Of a stretch of DNA of 64,000 nucleotides, positions 12,573 to 27,745 are shown one piece after another. Each line of letters starts with the position of its first letter. Position 1 is the first letter of the stretch. Source of the stretch: Octopus sinensis (lineage: Eukaryota); contig NC_043013.1 in NCBI RefSeq assembly GCF_006345805.1, forward strand, positions 19,716,001-19,780,000. The letters are read 5' to 3'. Under the pieces are notes generated by a model. It did no database searches, was not told the origin of the DNA, and saw nothing but the letters and a program-made list of their open reading frames with translations. Both the position numbers and the translations under genes were made by a program.

Positions 12573-12718
12573 GGCAGCGAGTTGGTAGAATCGTTAGCAC
12601 ATCGGGACGAAATGCATAGCCGTATTTCGTCTGCCGTTACGTTCTGAGTTCAAATTCCGCCGAGGTCGACTTTGCCTTTCATCCTTTCGGGGTCGATAAA
12701 TTAAGTACCAGTTACGCA
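12573..12718 (+). mobile_element. SINE family A, 3'-truncated
   Basis: Head and body up to AAGTACCAGTTACGCAC. Confidence 0.8.
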
Positions 12719-12876
12719 CAAAAGCACTCCAACCGAGGCCATCCCATCCCTTTCTTGATCTGTATAATGTGGCGTCAATTCATCAACAGATGATAACGAA
12801 AGGCAATGGAAATACGACTGTTATTTCAACTAGCTCCAGCAGCCACAAGAACGCTGCTGTCAATGGAACGGTGATG

Positions 12877-12920
<44 letters not shown>

Positions 12921-13291
12921 TATTCATATCAGTAATGGTGGTGGAGTCGGTGGTGTCGCTGTAACGGTAGAGGGTGTTTTAGTTGTCGGCGACAGTGGGT
13001 GTAAATATGATGAATGTAAAATGCAATAAAGTTTGAAACATCACGGAGAAAGTTTCGTGTTTCAGTCGAAAGAAAGATTTTTAATTAAACACTCCCGATA
13101 CAATTAATGACGCCATTAATTGGCTCCTCAAAATCACCTCACACGCCCCTGTCTTTTCATCTCATACCTCACATGCTGTTGCTCCCTCTCAGCCCATATA
13201 TACGTATATATATATACGTATATATATATATATATTTATGTTATGTGTGTTCACGTATATTCATGTATGAATATATGTGCATGTATATCTG

Positions 13292-13295
<4 letters not shown>

Positions 13296-13323
<28 letters not shown>

Positions 13324-13424
13324 TGTATGTATGTATGTATGTATGTATGTATGTATGTATGTATGTATGTATGTATGTATGTATGTATGTATGTATGTAT
13401 GTATGTATGTATGTATGTATGTAT
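13296..13424. repeat. (TATG)n microsatellite
   Basis: Direct reading. Confidence 0.95.
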
Positions 13425-13475
13425 GACAAAATCTATGTATACATGTATTGTTGTATTTATGTGTATACATGTATG

Positions 13476-13513
<38 letters not shown>

Positions 13514-13940
13514 TATAAACACATACATACAACAACACATATATACATACATTCATTCAAACACATACACATATATTCACACATGTCTATATCCGTACAC
13601 ATATTTATACATACATACAAGCTTACATACACACATACATCCATACAAACAGACTTCAATCATGATGGCTTTCTATCGATATGTCCGGAGTAGACTTTAC
13701 CTGATTAGCACGTGCCGTGTCTCTTCAGGTCGTTAACTCTGCCTCTCTCCAAATATTTAGGTCTGTATATATCACCACATTCCCATGGTCGTAGAACTTT
13801 CAACATAAGAAAGAGAGAACTCAGCAATGCTCGTACAGAATTCTTGATCCAATATGGTTGTGAAAGTGGATCATAAACATCTTTCTCCTTGCGGGTATAA
13901 TATATAAAAAAGACGATGCACAAGAAGCAGTAACAATAAT

Positions 13941-14977
13941 AGCAGCGAGCTGGCAGAAACGTTAGCAAGCTGGGCGAAATGCTCCGCGGTATTTCGTCTG
14001 CCGTTACGTTCTAAGTTCAAATTCCGCCGAGGTCGACTTTGCCTTTCATCCTTTCAGGGTCGATACATTAAGTACCACTTACGCACTGGGGTCGATGTAA
14101 TCGACTTAATACCTATGTCTGTCCTTGTTTGTCCCCTCTGTGTTTAGCCCCTTGTGGGTAATAAAGAAATAGGTATTTCGTCTGCCGTTACGTTCTGAGT
14201 TCAAATTCCGCCGAGGTCGACTTTGCCTTTCATCCTTTCAGGGTCGATAAATTAAGTACCAGTTACGCACTGGGGGTCGATGTAATCGACTTAAACCGTT
14301 TGTCTCTCCTTGTTTGTCCCCACTGCGTTTAGCCCCTTGTGGGTAGTAAAAAATAGGTTTTTCGTCTGCCGCTACGTTCTGAGGTCGACTTTGCCATTCA
14401 TCCTTTCGGTGTCGATACATTATGTACCAGTTACGCACTGGGGTCGATTTAATTGACTTAATCCGTTTGTCTGTCCTTGTTTGTCCCTTCTGTATTTAGC
14501 CCCTTGTGGTTAGTAAAGAAATAGGTATTTCGTCTGCCGTTACGTTCTGGGTTCAAATTTCGCCGAGGTCGACTTTGCCTTTCATCCTTTCGGGGTCGAT
14601 AAATTAAGTACCAGTTATGCACTGGGGTCGATATAATCGACTTAATCCGTTTGTCTGTCCTTGTTTGTCCCCTCTGTGTTTAGCCCCTTGAGGGTAGTAA
14701 AGAAATAGGTATTTCGTCTGCCGCTACCTTCTGAGTTCAAATTCCGCCGGGTCGACTTTGCCATTTATCCTTTCGGTGTTGATAAAGTACCAGTTACGCA
14801 CTGGGGTCGATTTAATCGACTTAATCCCTTTGTCTGTCCTTGTTCGTTTCCTGTGTGTGTAGCCTCTTGTGGGTAGTAAATAAATAGGTATTTCGTCTGC
14901 CGTTACGTTCTGAGTTCAAATTCCGCCGAGGTCGACTTTGACTTTCATCTTTTCGGGGTCGATAAATTAAGTACCAA
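13941..14977 (+). mobile_element. Tandem array of SINE family A (one headed copy, four headless units of about 170-185 bp, one partial)
   Basis: Units restart at TAGGTATTTCGTCTGCC near 14170, 14353, 14521, 14705 and 14886. Confidence 0.9.
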
Positions 14978-15227
14978 TATCACGTGATTATGCATGACAT
15001 CACTCAGAGTTGGATAAAATTAGCCATAAGTCATTTACTCGATAAACTAATTGTTCGTCTTACAACTTCATCTGGAGAATACTCTAAAACTATAGAATAA
15101 TTAAGATAGCGTGTGTGAGAACTGATACAGAAAGATATCTTCTTTGTTTTGCATGGAATACAACATAGTAATATCAGACACACTCCGACATATTCATACG
15201 GGATGAACTTGAGGTCTATTCATCTCT

Positions 15228-15408
15228 TTTATCATCATCATCATCATTATCATTATTATTATTATTGTTGTTGTTGTTGTTATTGTTACTATCGTTTACA
15301 TTATTATTACTATTATTATTATTATTATTATTATTATCATTATTATTATTATTATTATTGGTACTATTATTATTATTATTGCTATTATTATTATTATTAT
15401 TATTATTA

Positions 15409-15460
<52 letters not shown>

Positions 15461-15492
15461 CATCATTATCATCATTATTAATCTCATTATTA
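15228..15492. repeat. (TAT/CAT)n compound microsatellite
   Basis: Direct reading. Confidence 0.95.
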
Positions 15493-15747
15493 TCGTGACG
15501 GTGATGGTGGGAATAAAAAGACATCTATGGAAGTGCTTGAAGGACGTTTCTTTATGGCGTATGATATATCGTATCTATATTTAGGTATACGTACATACAT
15601 ATAATATACATATATATATATGTATATATATATGTATTTATGAGTATATAAATGTAGACATATGTAAATGTATATATACATATATGTATGTACATATATA
15701 CGTATGTATGTACATATATATATATTTGCACACACACACACACACGC

Positions 15748-15782
<35 letters not shown>

Positions 15783-15920
15783 TGAAGTGAACTGAGTGCT
15801 AACAACTTAAGTCAATAGCATAATTGTATGCACATACACTCTCAAACATACACAGATATCCACAGCATATAAATGCCACTTGTTTTATGTACCTCCAATA
15901 TGTGTAATACATGTCTATGT

Positions 15921-15921
15921 A

Positions 15922-16004
<83 letters not shown>

Positions 16005-16012
16005 ATATATAT

Positions 16013-16090
<78 letters not shown>
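15921..16090. repeat. (TCTA)n-(TA)n microsatellite
   Basis: Direct reading. Confidence 0.95.
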
Positions 16091-16101
<11 letters not shown>

Positions 16102-16895
16102 CACACGTGTATGTATTTGCAAGTATGTTAGAATCTGCAACCTTTTTTGTAAATATGTGTATACATTTGAGCGTGTGTTTACATGCATACGTACTTACAA
16201 ATATGCATACATACCCATACACACACAGACTCACATATATGTATATATATATAGCAATATGCATACCTACATATTACACATGCTCGTATACATATATATC
16301 TATGTATGTATATATGTGTCTGTCTGTATGTATGTATGCATGTATGTATCCATGCATGTATTATATGTGTATAAAATACAATATATTGATATGAATTAAT
16401 ATTTATCTCGTAATTAAAGAATTGCTTTGATGTTTTTTTCTCCAAGACTTTTGCAACGGAAACTAAAGTGGCGATAAACAGAAAGTTTCGGTGTTTCTTG
16501 CAGAATAAAAAAAATAATAACGCCAAGACATGTCTAAATCATAACAAAGGAGGAACACGTTAATTCTGATCGAAATTCTTTTACGGTTCTTAACAATTAT
16601 TGGAGAAAGAATGGTTAAAAAATGGAAACGAGCAACGTTTTTTAATTATATGGTAGGTAATATTCAAGATTAATTTTAAGCATAATGTGCTTTGCTTGTT
16701 ATGAAACACGCACATGAGTATATGTCTCTGTCTGTCTGTCTGTTTGTCTCTTTCTTTCTTTCTTTCTTTCTTTTTTCCCTCCTCACACTATCAATTTATT
16801 TTTCGTTCTTTCTACACCACTCATTCTCTTTCTTTCTGTACACATGCATATGAATAAATAAATATATATATAGATGTATTCATATACTTACATAC

Positions 16896-17310
<415 letters not shown>

Positions 17311-18234
17311 CTTACATGCTCACATGCTTGTATATACTTTGAAGAGTCACCAACACCACCCATTGACAAACAACATTTATTATTTTTTCAACCAGAAAAG
17401 TTGATATGTTGGCAGACTTGTTAGAGAATCAGACAATTATTTTTTTTTTTTTTTTTTTCGTTTTATGTTTGAGTAATTTATATCTTGGTTCGTATCCCGT
17501 CGATGTTGACTTTGCGATTCATCCTTCAACGTTGAAAATAAACATATATTATCAGTCTAGTTCTGAAGTCGCTATGTGCCTATGATAAAATAACTTAATT
17601 CCGCAGCTAACAGATTTAACCACGACCGAGTCTTCCTTCAACGCCATTAAAGAATAGACGCCACGCTATTTGTATAAGCATGTAGACTGATTAACTCATA
17701 AAATTAAAATTGATTTTCCCATTAAAACTTTGGTAAATACACCCATATATTACTCAATATTGATTTTCCCCACTACATAACTATATCTAATATATGTTTT
17801 AATATTCCATGTATTAAATATTCAAACATTAACTTAACTATTATGTTTTTTTTAAAGCGATAGCGTCTGTCAGTCATTTATTATGGAACCATTTTAAATT
17901 TCTATGTCAAACGTTATACAAAATTCTACATTTCCTTGCTGATATCTTCATCACTGCTTTGGGAAGTCATAAATTATATGGTTTGCTGATGATGTAACGA
18001 TAAAGCAGAAATTGTTCTGAGTTATTTTCCTAACTAACTGAAATAATTTCAAATAATAGCAGTCAACATCTGATATTCTATTTTCTTCATCAAATCATTA
18101 TCTTCCAGTCCCATTTTAGTTAATGCTCGTAATTTTAAATGTGTTCAAATTAACTTAATTATTGTTTATTTTTCCATGGGAATGACACCACAAATGTAGG
18201 CATACATATACGTATATATACATACGTCGACATA

Positions 18235-18266
<32 letters not shown>

Positions 18267-18304
18267 AGTGGGTGAGTGTGTATGTGAGTGGGTGAGTGTG
18301 CGTG

Positions 18305-18614
18305 GTACTCGGTCGGTAACGACGACGAGGGTTTCAGTTGATCCGATCACAGGAACAGCCTGTACATGAAATTAAAGTACATGTGACTGTCCACTCCAGA
18401 TACATGTACCATAAACGTAGTTCTCAGGGAGAATCAGCGTGACATAGAATGTGACAAAGCTGGCCCTCTGAAATACAAACACTACTCATTTTTGAGTGTA
18501 CTGGAGCAACGTTAAATAAAGTGTCTTGATCACGGGCACAACGCTCTACCGAGAATCGAACTCACGAGCTTGCGACCCTGTGCCAAATACCCTAACCACT
18601 AAACTACGCGCCTC
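18305..18614 (-). mobile_element. SINE family C2
   Basis: Colinear with 9826-10088. Confidence 0.7.
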
Positions 18615-18678
18615 AACGTGCGTATATATATTTTGTATATATGTCTACACACACACATGAGTGTATATACATACACTC

Positions 18679-18713
<35 letters not shown>

Positions 18714-18852
18714 CATATATATATATATATATATAATATATATATGTGCAAATATGAATGTGGGTAATACATACATATATATGCACATATATACATACAT
18801 ATATTTATACGTATACATACATATATATACATATCTATCTATCTATATATAT

Positions 18853-18908
<56 letters not shown>

Positions 18909-20156
18909 CATACATATGTATGAATTGTATTGCACACATTCATATTTGTACATCTACATGCATGTTTATGCGAATACGAACACAATTTATATTATTCTGC
19001 TTGTCACGACTTATCCAAGGAAATAAATCGAAGACACAAGTAAAATCTTTGACATAATGAATCGATGTTATAAATATCAATACGTTTATACATCAAAGTA
19101 GTACAGGAACAATAATTAAACGTGGTACTTCGATGAGTCCCGCTAGTTATGTTTTCTTAGATAAATTACAAACAATGCGTAGACATACGGTTCCATGTTG
19201 CTCAACATTACCAAGAAACCTAATCATCAACAACCAACAACCGATATTTTGCTTTTACAATTAAAGAAATATGGAATATGTAAAAATAATAAGTACAAAA
19301 CATGTTTGTTTATTGTAATTTTTACAGAAATATAAATTTTCAGTGATATAAATTTCAAAGACGTTAGTAAATAAATAAACAAAATAAAATCTGTTTTTGG
19401 CATCGTTTGAACATCGATTACAAGATTCTTTGAGTTTCTTTACTGTAAATGGCCGAAAGCTTTCGTCTATATTTCGTAAATGTCACTTCCTTTGTTTTTG
19501 TTTTTTTTTTAATATCTATTTTTCATTCTCTTTCAACTACAATAACTAATATTCTGAACTGGAAATAGCGACTGCCACATTCTTCGATGCGATTCCATTA
19601 AACATGCAGACATTAGATGAATGTTTACAGATATATCAGTGTTGAATTATCTTCAGGAAATTGCACCAGATAACAATAGGAAGCCAATTTAACAAGAAAT
19701 ATTCTTTAACAAGCATGGAAAAAAGATAATAGAGATATTACGTTGTATGTTATGTTATATATATATTTATTATTATTTTTTAATATAAATCTCTCTGGTT
19801 TTTAACAGGAAACAAGAAAGCATCACAAAATTAGCTTCACATTTTTCTACACTATGTTTGAACAATCATTGCTATGGTTGACAAAACAAATACGTCTTCA
19901 AGAATAAACTCAACTACTCCGGTTAGAATCTAATGGCTTATTTCTTCTTTAAACACTGTCTGACAAAAGTTAACATAGAAATGTAGCTTACTGATTTGAT
20001 CTTGGATTAACGGCGGCTGAAAGGAATAAAATTCTTCAAAAATTGGTGTATCACAGAACAAACGAGTGTCTCGTTCGCTTAAATCAGAAACATTCTCTGT
20101 GCATCAAAGACAATATTCTCCACGGAGAGTGTTCCACTATAAAAATAGACGATAAT

Positions 20157-20362
20157 TCTTCTTCTTCTTCTTCTTCTTCTTCTTCTTCTTCTTCTTCTTC
20201 TTCTTCTTCTTCTTCTTCTTCTTCTTCTTCTTCTTCTTCTTCTTCTTCTTCTTCTTCTTCTTCTGCTGCTGCTGCTGCTGTAGCTGTTATACTTACTACT
20301 ACTACTACTATTACTACTACTGCTGCTGCTGCCGCTGCAACTACTACTACTACTACTACTAT

Positions 20363-20405
<43 letters not shown>
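20157..20405. repeat. (TCT)n-(GCT)n-(ACT)n compound microsatellite
   Basis: Direct reading. Confidence 0.95.
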
Positions 20406-20406
<1 letters not shown>

Positions 20407-21543
20407 TATATAAATACATTACACATATATACATGTATATATGTAAACATATTCATGATTACAATATATATGTATGTGTGTGTGTTCGCGCATGTATTTT
20501 TTATCTTATTACTGGCTCTATTTATCGCGCCACGATTCAGTGACTACCAACCGCATTACCTGTTTGGCATTTAATGCATCAAGAGTTTTAAAAATCCCCT
20601 TTAGAGTTATTTGATATTTAAAGAGATGAAGCAAGAGTGATACCCCTGAATGTGCTTCTGAAAATGTATAGTGGTCATGAGCAATGCGGGTCGTGGACAT
20701 ATTTGAATGTTACACCAAATAAGAAAATTACTTCGAAACTTTTAAGCAGTTCCTTTGATGATGAGCTATGTCTCATGCAGTCTGTTTCTCGAAAATGGTT
20801 TCGCATGCCTAATACGGAATATTAAGTATTCTGATTAGATCTAGATTTTAAATGTAATCAATGAAAGCAACGACTTGTTTCCGTTTATTAAGACCTTGTT
20901 AGCGAATCATATCTTACTGAATCTGCAAAACTATTTGTATGCGTATAGGACACTATGTACAATATAGGATACAGGAACAACTTTCGATTTCTCTGGGGTT
21001 GGAGGGGAGAGAGTGGGTATTGTTACGTTGAATTATTGGACAAAACATATAAAGTAAACTATTTTCTGACAGTAAAATTGAAATTATTTCGAAATACCTA
21101 ATAATTATGTCCGAAGAATTATTTTAAATAACCAAAATATAATCAATGCAATATAATTCCATTGATTTCTTCAAAATACCATTGGAATTATTGAACTTGT
21201 ATCGGTAAATACGGATTCCTTTTTTTATAGAGTAATATTTATCGGCAAATAAGTTTTATCAAAGTAAAAAAAAAATACCAAGGAAAATAGAATAATATAA
21301 AAACGATAAAATAAATTTAGTGATAGAAACAAAAGCAAACTAAGCAGTAAAAACAGTGTTAGACACAGTTTGTGATAATTCTTTCCACTATGGTACAATC
21401 AACGAAATTTTGGGGCTGGACATACTTATTTAAATCGAAACAGTGACCAACTGGTGCTTATCTCATCCACCCACAAAATACAAAAGGCAAAGTCGACCTC
21501 GGTGGATTTTTTTCTTAGAACGTTAAAGAAGCTCAACACCTTG

Positions 21544-21616
<73 letters not shown>

Positions 21617-21984
21617 GATCGAAGCGATCAATAGTTTAGCCATACCAGTCGTGACTTACAGTTTCAATATCATTAACTGGTCAATAATTTAAATACGTAA
21701 TCTTGACAGAAAAATACGAAAAGTGTTGACAATGCATAGAATGCATATATAGAACGATCTTTCTGCCAAGAAAAGAGACCAAATAAATGCTTATCACCTG
21801 AAAGCTATCAGCTAGAACACTAACGACTGACATAATTTACATGCATTGCATTCAAACTGCAGAAGCCATAATGAAAATAATAGTTATATACCCTCACGTG
21901 TGTGAAAAGCTAACATTTAGATTTTAATTATTCGCACCACACATCGTACATCACCTTCCCAGTTTTAATATGGCGTTATATAAA

Positions 21985-22200
21985 GGTGGTGAGCTGGCGG
22001 AATACTCAGCACGCCGGACAAAATGCTTTGTAGCACTTCGTCTGTCATTACGCTCTGAGATCATATTCCACCGAGGTTGACTTAGATTTCTTCTTTTCTA
22101 GAGTTCATAAGGTAAATGCCAGTTCATTAACGGGGTTGATGTAATCGACTTAATCCTTTCATCGAAGATGTTGGCCAAGATCAAATTTTGAAACCAATAT
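21985..22200 (+). mobile_element. SINE family A, diverged
   Basis: GGTGGTGAGCTGGCGGAATACTCAGCACGCCGG...CCGAGGTTGACT...GGGGTTGATGTAATCGAC. Confidence 0.7.
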
Positions 22201-23002
22201 AATTTTTATATGGGTAGTGAAAATTTTGTAAAGGACTTAGAGGTGCATTCAGCATACAATAAATCACAATCTTTTGCGAAATTCCCTCCATGCTGTGACT
22301 GACATTATCTAAATCATTTTTTTGGATAACTAAACTAGCCAAAAAGTTGGTAACTTTGTGATTTATGTAATTTTTCGTTCCGTTGTGTAAAAACTGGATT
22401 TGTTTTGTTAAAGATCACTCTTTTAAATATTTGAAAATATATACGGGTCACTCTATTCCTTTGTTTCTTCTGTTTCTTTTCCTTTTACACTTTTTCACTA
22501 TAATTATTGTTATTATATGGTGAGTATCGTTGTCCAACCTTCTAGGAGTAAAGATATGTTAAAATAAACGCAATGACATGAAATAAATATATAACCTTCC
22601 TTTACAAATAGATATTTTCGACTAGTCTAGATAAAGGGGTAATCAGCTATACACTTGGAAGTTCCATGTTTGAAAATAATCCGTAAATGAAAGTTTACAT
22701 TCATAAATTTGGCAAACATTCAAAACACTCGAAGTGGTTTGACAATACTTCTGTGCATACCAAAACAACAACAGCATCAGCAGCAGTAGTAACAAGCATA
22801 ACAATGACAATGTTTCATCAATATAAACTATAGAGCAAGCAGGAGAGAGCTATTTCAGGAAATATGTTAGAAGCAATATAAGAGGTGGTGAGTATAAGTG
22901 TAAGCATGTGCACTTACATATATATGCATGTGTGTGTGTCTGTGTGTTCGTGTGTAAATATATATATACACACACATACATACATACATATATATATGCA
23001 TA

Positions 23003-23042
<40 letters not shown>

Positions 23043-23367
23043 TACATACATACATATATATATATACCCACATACACATACACACACGCACAAATTCATC
23101 TAAATGTGTTTGTACATATACAAAGAGAAGCAAAGATATTTGTAATAAGAATAATCTACTGATGATGATGATGATGTTGATGATGATGGTAACCATCATC
23201 ATCATCATCATCACCATCGTTTTCTTCATTCTCTTTCTTATCCTCTTTTCCAACATCGTCATCGTCATGACCATCATCATAACAATGATTTCGCAACAGC
23301 TTCCGATAGCGAAATCAGTAATGACTAATTTTATTTTAATAACAACGCGAACAATAACAACAATGAC

Positions 23368-23436
<69 letters not shown>

Positions 23437-25139
23437 GAGAACACCGGGTGACGTTTTAGATGTAAGAACGATAAAACAGAGCTCCGAAGTCTATCCACAA
23501 ACATCGAAAACAAAGACATTGTATGGAGCCAAAAATTTACTAACAAAGGATTGGACTATATCCGAGTAAGTAATACTCATTGAAATTTATTACTATTTTC
23601 GAAACGAAATGATGTATTTTAACACGATATCATCTCCACCGTTAACACAACACATGTAAACATGAGTGGTACATTACGATCCATCAACACCAGATCATCC
23701 CCGACCCCAAACACCATGTACAAAAAAACTACGAAGAAATTAAATACCACCGATATTATTCAACCCAAGAATAACAATCGGGAAGTACGTACTTTAAACT
23801 TACAACAGAAAATGTACGAAAATCTACACGTGCAAAACAATGTGACAACAGAAATGAACGGACCGGTACCTTACTAAAATGACGACCGTCAAAATAATGG
23901 GCCGCACGTTGTCCCTCATGTCCCGCAAATAAAACCCAAAAGACATAAATGGACACGAGAGGAATACATTTCTATCCTACACGCATACTTCACAGCAGTG
24001 CTCTACCCAAAAAATGAAAACACAACAACACATACATATAAAATATGGAAGGAAAATAACATAAATATAGACTTGGATACAGCAATGAACCCTAATAAAC
24101 TAGCTAACGTACGAAGATACATTCTCAACGCAAAAAAATATCAGAAATAGAAATAGAACATCTAAAAGAAAAAATACACCAGGAAAATGTAGATAGAAGC
24201 CACACAACAATGCCCAATAATATAAACACTGAAACAGTAAAATACGAAGACAAACGTAACATTCCCAACAAACACGATGTAAACAAAAAACAACAAACCC
24301 AGACCGTAAGGATGCATAATAATACACGATAAACAGCAAGCCAAAACACGACACACAAACATATAAATAAGAAAGAAAGCGACACAAATCTAAAACCTGG
24401 AAACAACGAAGGGGAGCCTAATGATTATGATAATATAAAAAGTAGAATAATCAAAGAACTGAAAACCACAGAGCTCAAAATGGACCACCGACCATACCTT
24501 CCAAAAATCAAAATAGACAAAACAACAATACCAATTATAAACAGCATAAACCTAGCCGTCACGGAACTAATAGCAACTGAAACAAAAAGCGATATCACTG
24601 AGCTAAATGACTTAATATACGCAGCAGCCACTGCAGCCACAAAAGAAGCTAGATACTCACTCAAACCCATCCAAACAGGAGTACCACCACCCAAACAAAC
24701 CCTGTGGATAAATAACATCCAAAACAAAATACAAAAAATGAGAAAAGATCTGTCGGTTCCTAATGAAATCAGTAGACAATCAACGCTACTGAGCAACAAA
24801 AAGAAAACAAAAATACTCCGCAAATATAACATCACAGAAAAATATTTACCTGAGATAAAAGAAAAGCTGAAGCAAGATATCCTTGCCAAAGCACAAAGGA
24901 TCCGCCGGTACGAGAAACGCCAGCGCTTCTTTGAGCAAAACAAAAAGTTCAACTCCAACCCCAAAAGTTCTACCAAGAACTTGGCAAAAATAAAATAGAA
25001 ATCACTGCAGCACCAACGGCAGAATAAGTGGAAGAATTCTGGAGAGAAATATGGTCGGCGAACGAAAAAACCAAAAAAAAGGACTATTAAAACAACAAAC
25101 TCAGCATCTGAACAACTTTGGACCCCCATAACAACTGAA

Positions 25140-25692
25140 GAGGTCACCCAGGCACTGCAAAGACTAAGCAACTGGAAGGCACCTGGGCATGACAAAATCC
25201 CCAACTTCTGGTTGAAATATCTAACAGGAATGCACAAAAAACTGGCTGAAAACTTTAACAACATACTAGCTGAGCCAGAGACAATGCCTGAATGGCTCAC
25301 GAAGGGGAAAACCATCTTAATTCCCAAATCAAATGAGACAGCAAAACCAGAAAACTACAGACCAATAACCTGTCTCCCTACAATGTACAAGGCATTTACG
25401 GCAGTGATATCACAAAGGTTGAACAAGCACCTGGACGAAAACAACCTGTTTCCAGAAGAGCAGAAAGGATGCCGCAAAGGCTCATATGGCTGTAAAGATC
25501 AACTAATGATTAATAAAGCCATAACTGAGGACAGCCACAGAAAGAAGAAAGGCCTCAGTATGGCCTGGATCGACAACAAAAAGGCGTTTGATAGCATCCC
25601 CCACACATGGATCCCCGAAACACTAGCCATTAACAAAGTAGCACTAACAATTATAAAATTCATAGGGCACTCTATGAATAATTGGCAAACAG
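25140..25692 (+). pseudogene. Reverse transcriptase N-terminal part (domains 0-3); the GxxQG and YxDD segments are missing
   Basis: ORF 25212-25760 matches non-LTR RT up to ...HSMNNWQT, then jumps to a post-RT segment. Confidence 0.85.
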
Positions 25693-25848
25693 AAGGAAGG
25701 AAAACTGATACAAATAGCGGCAAAACACGAGCAAAACAAAAAACTGTTCTCAGTATTTAAGGAAGCTGACAAATACAAACCAGAAATCATACCACTTAAT
25801 AAATATGAAGAAGAAGAAGATGAAGAAACAACAAAAGCTATAAAACAA

Positions 25849-26665
25849 ATGAAATCCAAACTAAAAATAGAACAGCAACGAACCATGATAAAACGATGGC
25901 AAGAAAAGCCCCTTCATGGTAAATACTGGACTAAACTAAACGCAAAAGAAATAGACAAAGTAAAATCCCAGCAATGGTTGAGAAGCTCAGGACTCAAAGC
26001 AGAAACAGAGGGATTTTTAATTGCAGCACAAGACCAAAGCATCCCCACCAGAAATTATCAAAAACATGTAATGAAAAGAAATATAACAAGTAACTGCAGA
26101 ATATGTGGAGATGGACAAGAAACAATAAATCATATTATCTCTGGCTGCCCAGTCCTGGCTAAGAAAGAATGTATTCACAGACATGACAGAGTTGGAACCT
26201 ACATACACTGGAAGCTATGCCAACATTATGGAATAACAACAGAAAAAAGATGGTATAGGCACACACCAGAAAAGGTCACAGAAAACGAGAAAGCAACCGT
26301 ACTCTGGGATATGCCGATACACACAGATAGAGAAATTAAGGCCAACAGACCAGATATAGTTGTCAGAGATCATGAAGAAAAAAAAATGCTTTCTAATTGA
26401 TGTATCAATACCAGCAGATGACAACGTATCTCTAAAAGAAATGGAGAAACTTTCAAAATACAAAGACCTGGAAATAGAGGTAACCAGAATGTGGAATCTA
26501 AAAACAGAAACAATTCCAATCATAGTAGGTGCTTTAGGCATGATAAAAAAATATTCAGACAAATACATAACAAAAACACCCGGACTTACAAACACATATA
26601 ACATACAGAAAATTGCACTACTAGGCACTGCACACATCCTACGCAGAACACTTTCCATACAATAA
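25849..26665 (+). pseudogene. C-terminal CCHC zinc knuckle and PD-(D/E)xK restriction-like endonuclease
   Basis: CRICGDGQETINHIISGC, HRHDRV, NRPDIVVRD-(frameshift)-CFLIDVSIP, KLSKYKDL. One extra A in the A9 run at 26378-26386 splits ORFs 25849-26400 and 26360-26665. Confidence 0.9.
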
Positions 26666-26763
26666 CCATCAGAGCATCACAACAAATCACAGCACATACC
26701 TAAGGCACACATAGCTGCGGTCAGTAGTGAAGTGAAAGCACGATATAAAAATAAAACTACTGA

Positions 26764-26772
26764 ATAATAATG

Positions 26773-26808
<36 letters not shown>

Positions 26809-26815
26809 TAATAAT

Positions 26816-26853
<38 letters not shown>

Positions 26854-26882
26854 AATAATAATAATGATAATAATAATGATGG

Positions 26883-26980
<98 letters not shown>
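26764..26980. repeat. (TAA)n/(TGA)n tract at the 3' end of the R4-like element
   Basis: Direct reading. Confidence 0.95.
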
Positions 26981-27494
26981 TGCCTTTAAGGTGATTTATT
27001 TATTTTTAAATTTAGATGAGATACTGAGTGCAAAGCTAAATTGAAAATAAATTTATTTTTGCATTTGTTATTGGCATCGTGAAATAATGGAAAGATACAA
27101 TCAACGAAATGGTCAATATTGAAAGAGGCTGGGTGTGGAACCGAGATTGTGGTCTCTTAAAATATTTTAAATTAGTTCGATTTTGTTCGAAATAGACAGA
27201 TTTAAAAGTTAACATCTCAAGTAGAGAGCAAAACTTCGTAAATTGAGTTGGCGTTTTCAAAGAAGTAGTTTCGAGTTTTCATTGAATCTATTTCTACATT
27301 GACATCTTAGAAGCATTTCTATTAGAGTTCTGGTAACATTTAAATAATGAGAAAGATTAAAGGAAAATTATTCTCTTTTTTTTTTGTATTGGATTGTTTG
27401 AAATGGGTTGCTTTATATAGTTTGGACGGTCGTTTAAGCATCTCTAGTGTGTGTCCAGTTAAAACTTGCGGTAACTTAAATAATCGAAAGTGCA

Positions 27495-27745
27495 TGTCCT
27501 AATGATCAGAATGTTACACTAACGATGGCAAGACCATGGTTTCGATTCCCAGACAGGAGGATGTGTATTATTCCTGAGTAAGAAGACACTTTATTTCACA
27601 CTGATCACGTCTGTTCAGCTGTGAATGAGTGAACCTGCGCCATTCAGAGGAGAACCTGTGGCACTCGGCTCGGTCACTTGTACCCCTATGAAAACCGGGC
27701 AATAGGCCCCATGAGCCCTAGGACATGAGACAGTCATTTGCAGGG
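27495..27745 (+). mobile_element. SINE family C-like, diverged
   Basis: GGTTTCGATTCCCAGAC...GACACTTTATTTCACAC...CAGCTGTGAATGAGT. Confidence 0.55.

Larger units (their letters stand above)
23436..26763 (+). mobile_element. R4/Dong-clade RLE non-LTR retrotransposon, disrupted and internally deleted, inserted in (TAA)n
   Basis: Single broken ORF: N-terminal KRHKWTREEY motif, RT motifs (APGHDKIPNFWLK, NYRPITCLPTMYK, EQKGCRKGSYGCKDQL, WIDNKKAFDSIPH), CCHC knuckle, RHD and NRPDIVV...IDVSIP endonuclease. TAA repeats on both sides. The 5' boundary is approximate. Confidence 0.9.

Noticed and set aside
13705-13968. Minus-strand 87-aa ORF with acceptor- and donor-like sites
   Set aside because: It starts inside a SINE, has a stop just before the donor, and has no homology.
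13941-14977. CRISPR-like regularly spaced repeats
   Set aside because: The units are contiguous SINE bodies of about 180 bp without unique spacers, in eukaryotic DNA.
20518-20825. Non-repetitive ORFs on both strands with splice-like sites
   Set aside because: No recognisable domain; they cannot be supported without homology or RNA data.
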